From Octopus bimaculoides (taxonomy: Eukaryota): a stretch of 64,000 nucleotides of DNA. The translations under genes were made by a program, and so were the position numbers. Location of the stretch: contig NC_068986.1 in NCBI RefSeq assembly GCF_001194135.2, positions 73,565,036 to 73,629,035 on the forward strand, in the 5' to 3' direction. Positions 63,899 to 64,000 of the stretch are shown here, one piece after another. The notes beneath the pieces were generated by a model. It was given only the letters and a program-made list of their open reading frames with translations. It was not told the origin of the DNA and did no database searches. Each line of letters begins with the position of its first letter. Position 1 is the first letter of the stretch.

Positions 63899-64000
63899 TG
63901 TGTCTGTGTTTGTCCCCCCCAACATTGCTTGACAACCAATGCTGGTGCGTAACTTAGCGGTTTGGCAAAAGAGACCGATAGAATAAGTACTAGGCTTACA
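63678..64000 (+). mobile_element. Main SINE, runs off the window end
   Basis: TAGGCGCAGGAGTGGCTGTGTGGTAAG..GAATAAGTACTAGGCTTACA. Confidence 0.95.

Overview
AT-rich, repeat-saturated animal genomic DNA from a gapped scaffold (12 N-gaps). The SINE/LINE families and dense (TA)n/(CA)n/(GAT)n tracts look like an octopus genome; this is an inference from recalled repeat families, not verified. Only one host coding exon is supportable: 20163-20399 (+), ATG at 20262, encoding MAAAEFQGTDAAAAAAHWQERCHTLEASLEKFRLQTLRIREALGEQ. It matches the N-terminal coiled-coil start of PLEKHH1/PLEKHH2/MAX-1-family proteins. The rest reads as intronic or flanking DNA of that gene, filled with decayed mobile elements: mariner, Tc1, MULE, hAT- and piggyBac-like MITEs, RTE, R4/Dong, Tx1/L1 and CR1-like LINE fragments, and several tRNA-derived SINE families. 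Almost all ORFs in the supplied track are microsatellite, N-gap or TE artefacts. Most notable structures: (1) a 273-bp TA-flanked element that is essentially one long hairpin (23407-23679); (2) inverted SINE copies bracketing the start-codon exon (circRNA/ADAR-substrate architecture); (3) three upstream AUGs within 35 nt of the start codon; (4) a retroposon-seeded 26-bp minisatellite with higher-order structure; (5) a Tc1 fragment embedded in a minisatellite; (6) a fold-back minisatellite; (7) mix-and-match SINE modules. No CRISPR array, rRNA or genuine tRNA gene was seen. I found no firm evidence of a wholly new biological system. Repeat boundaries are by eye, roughly +/-10-20 bp.
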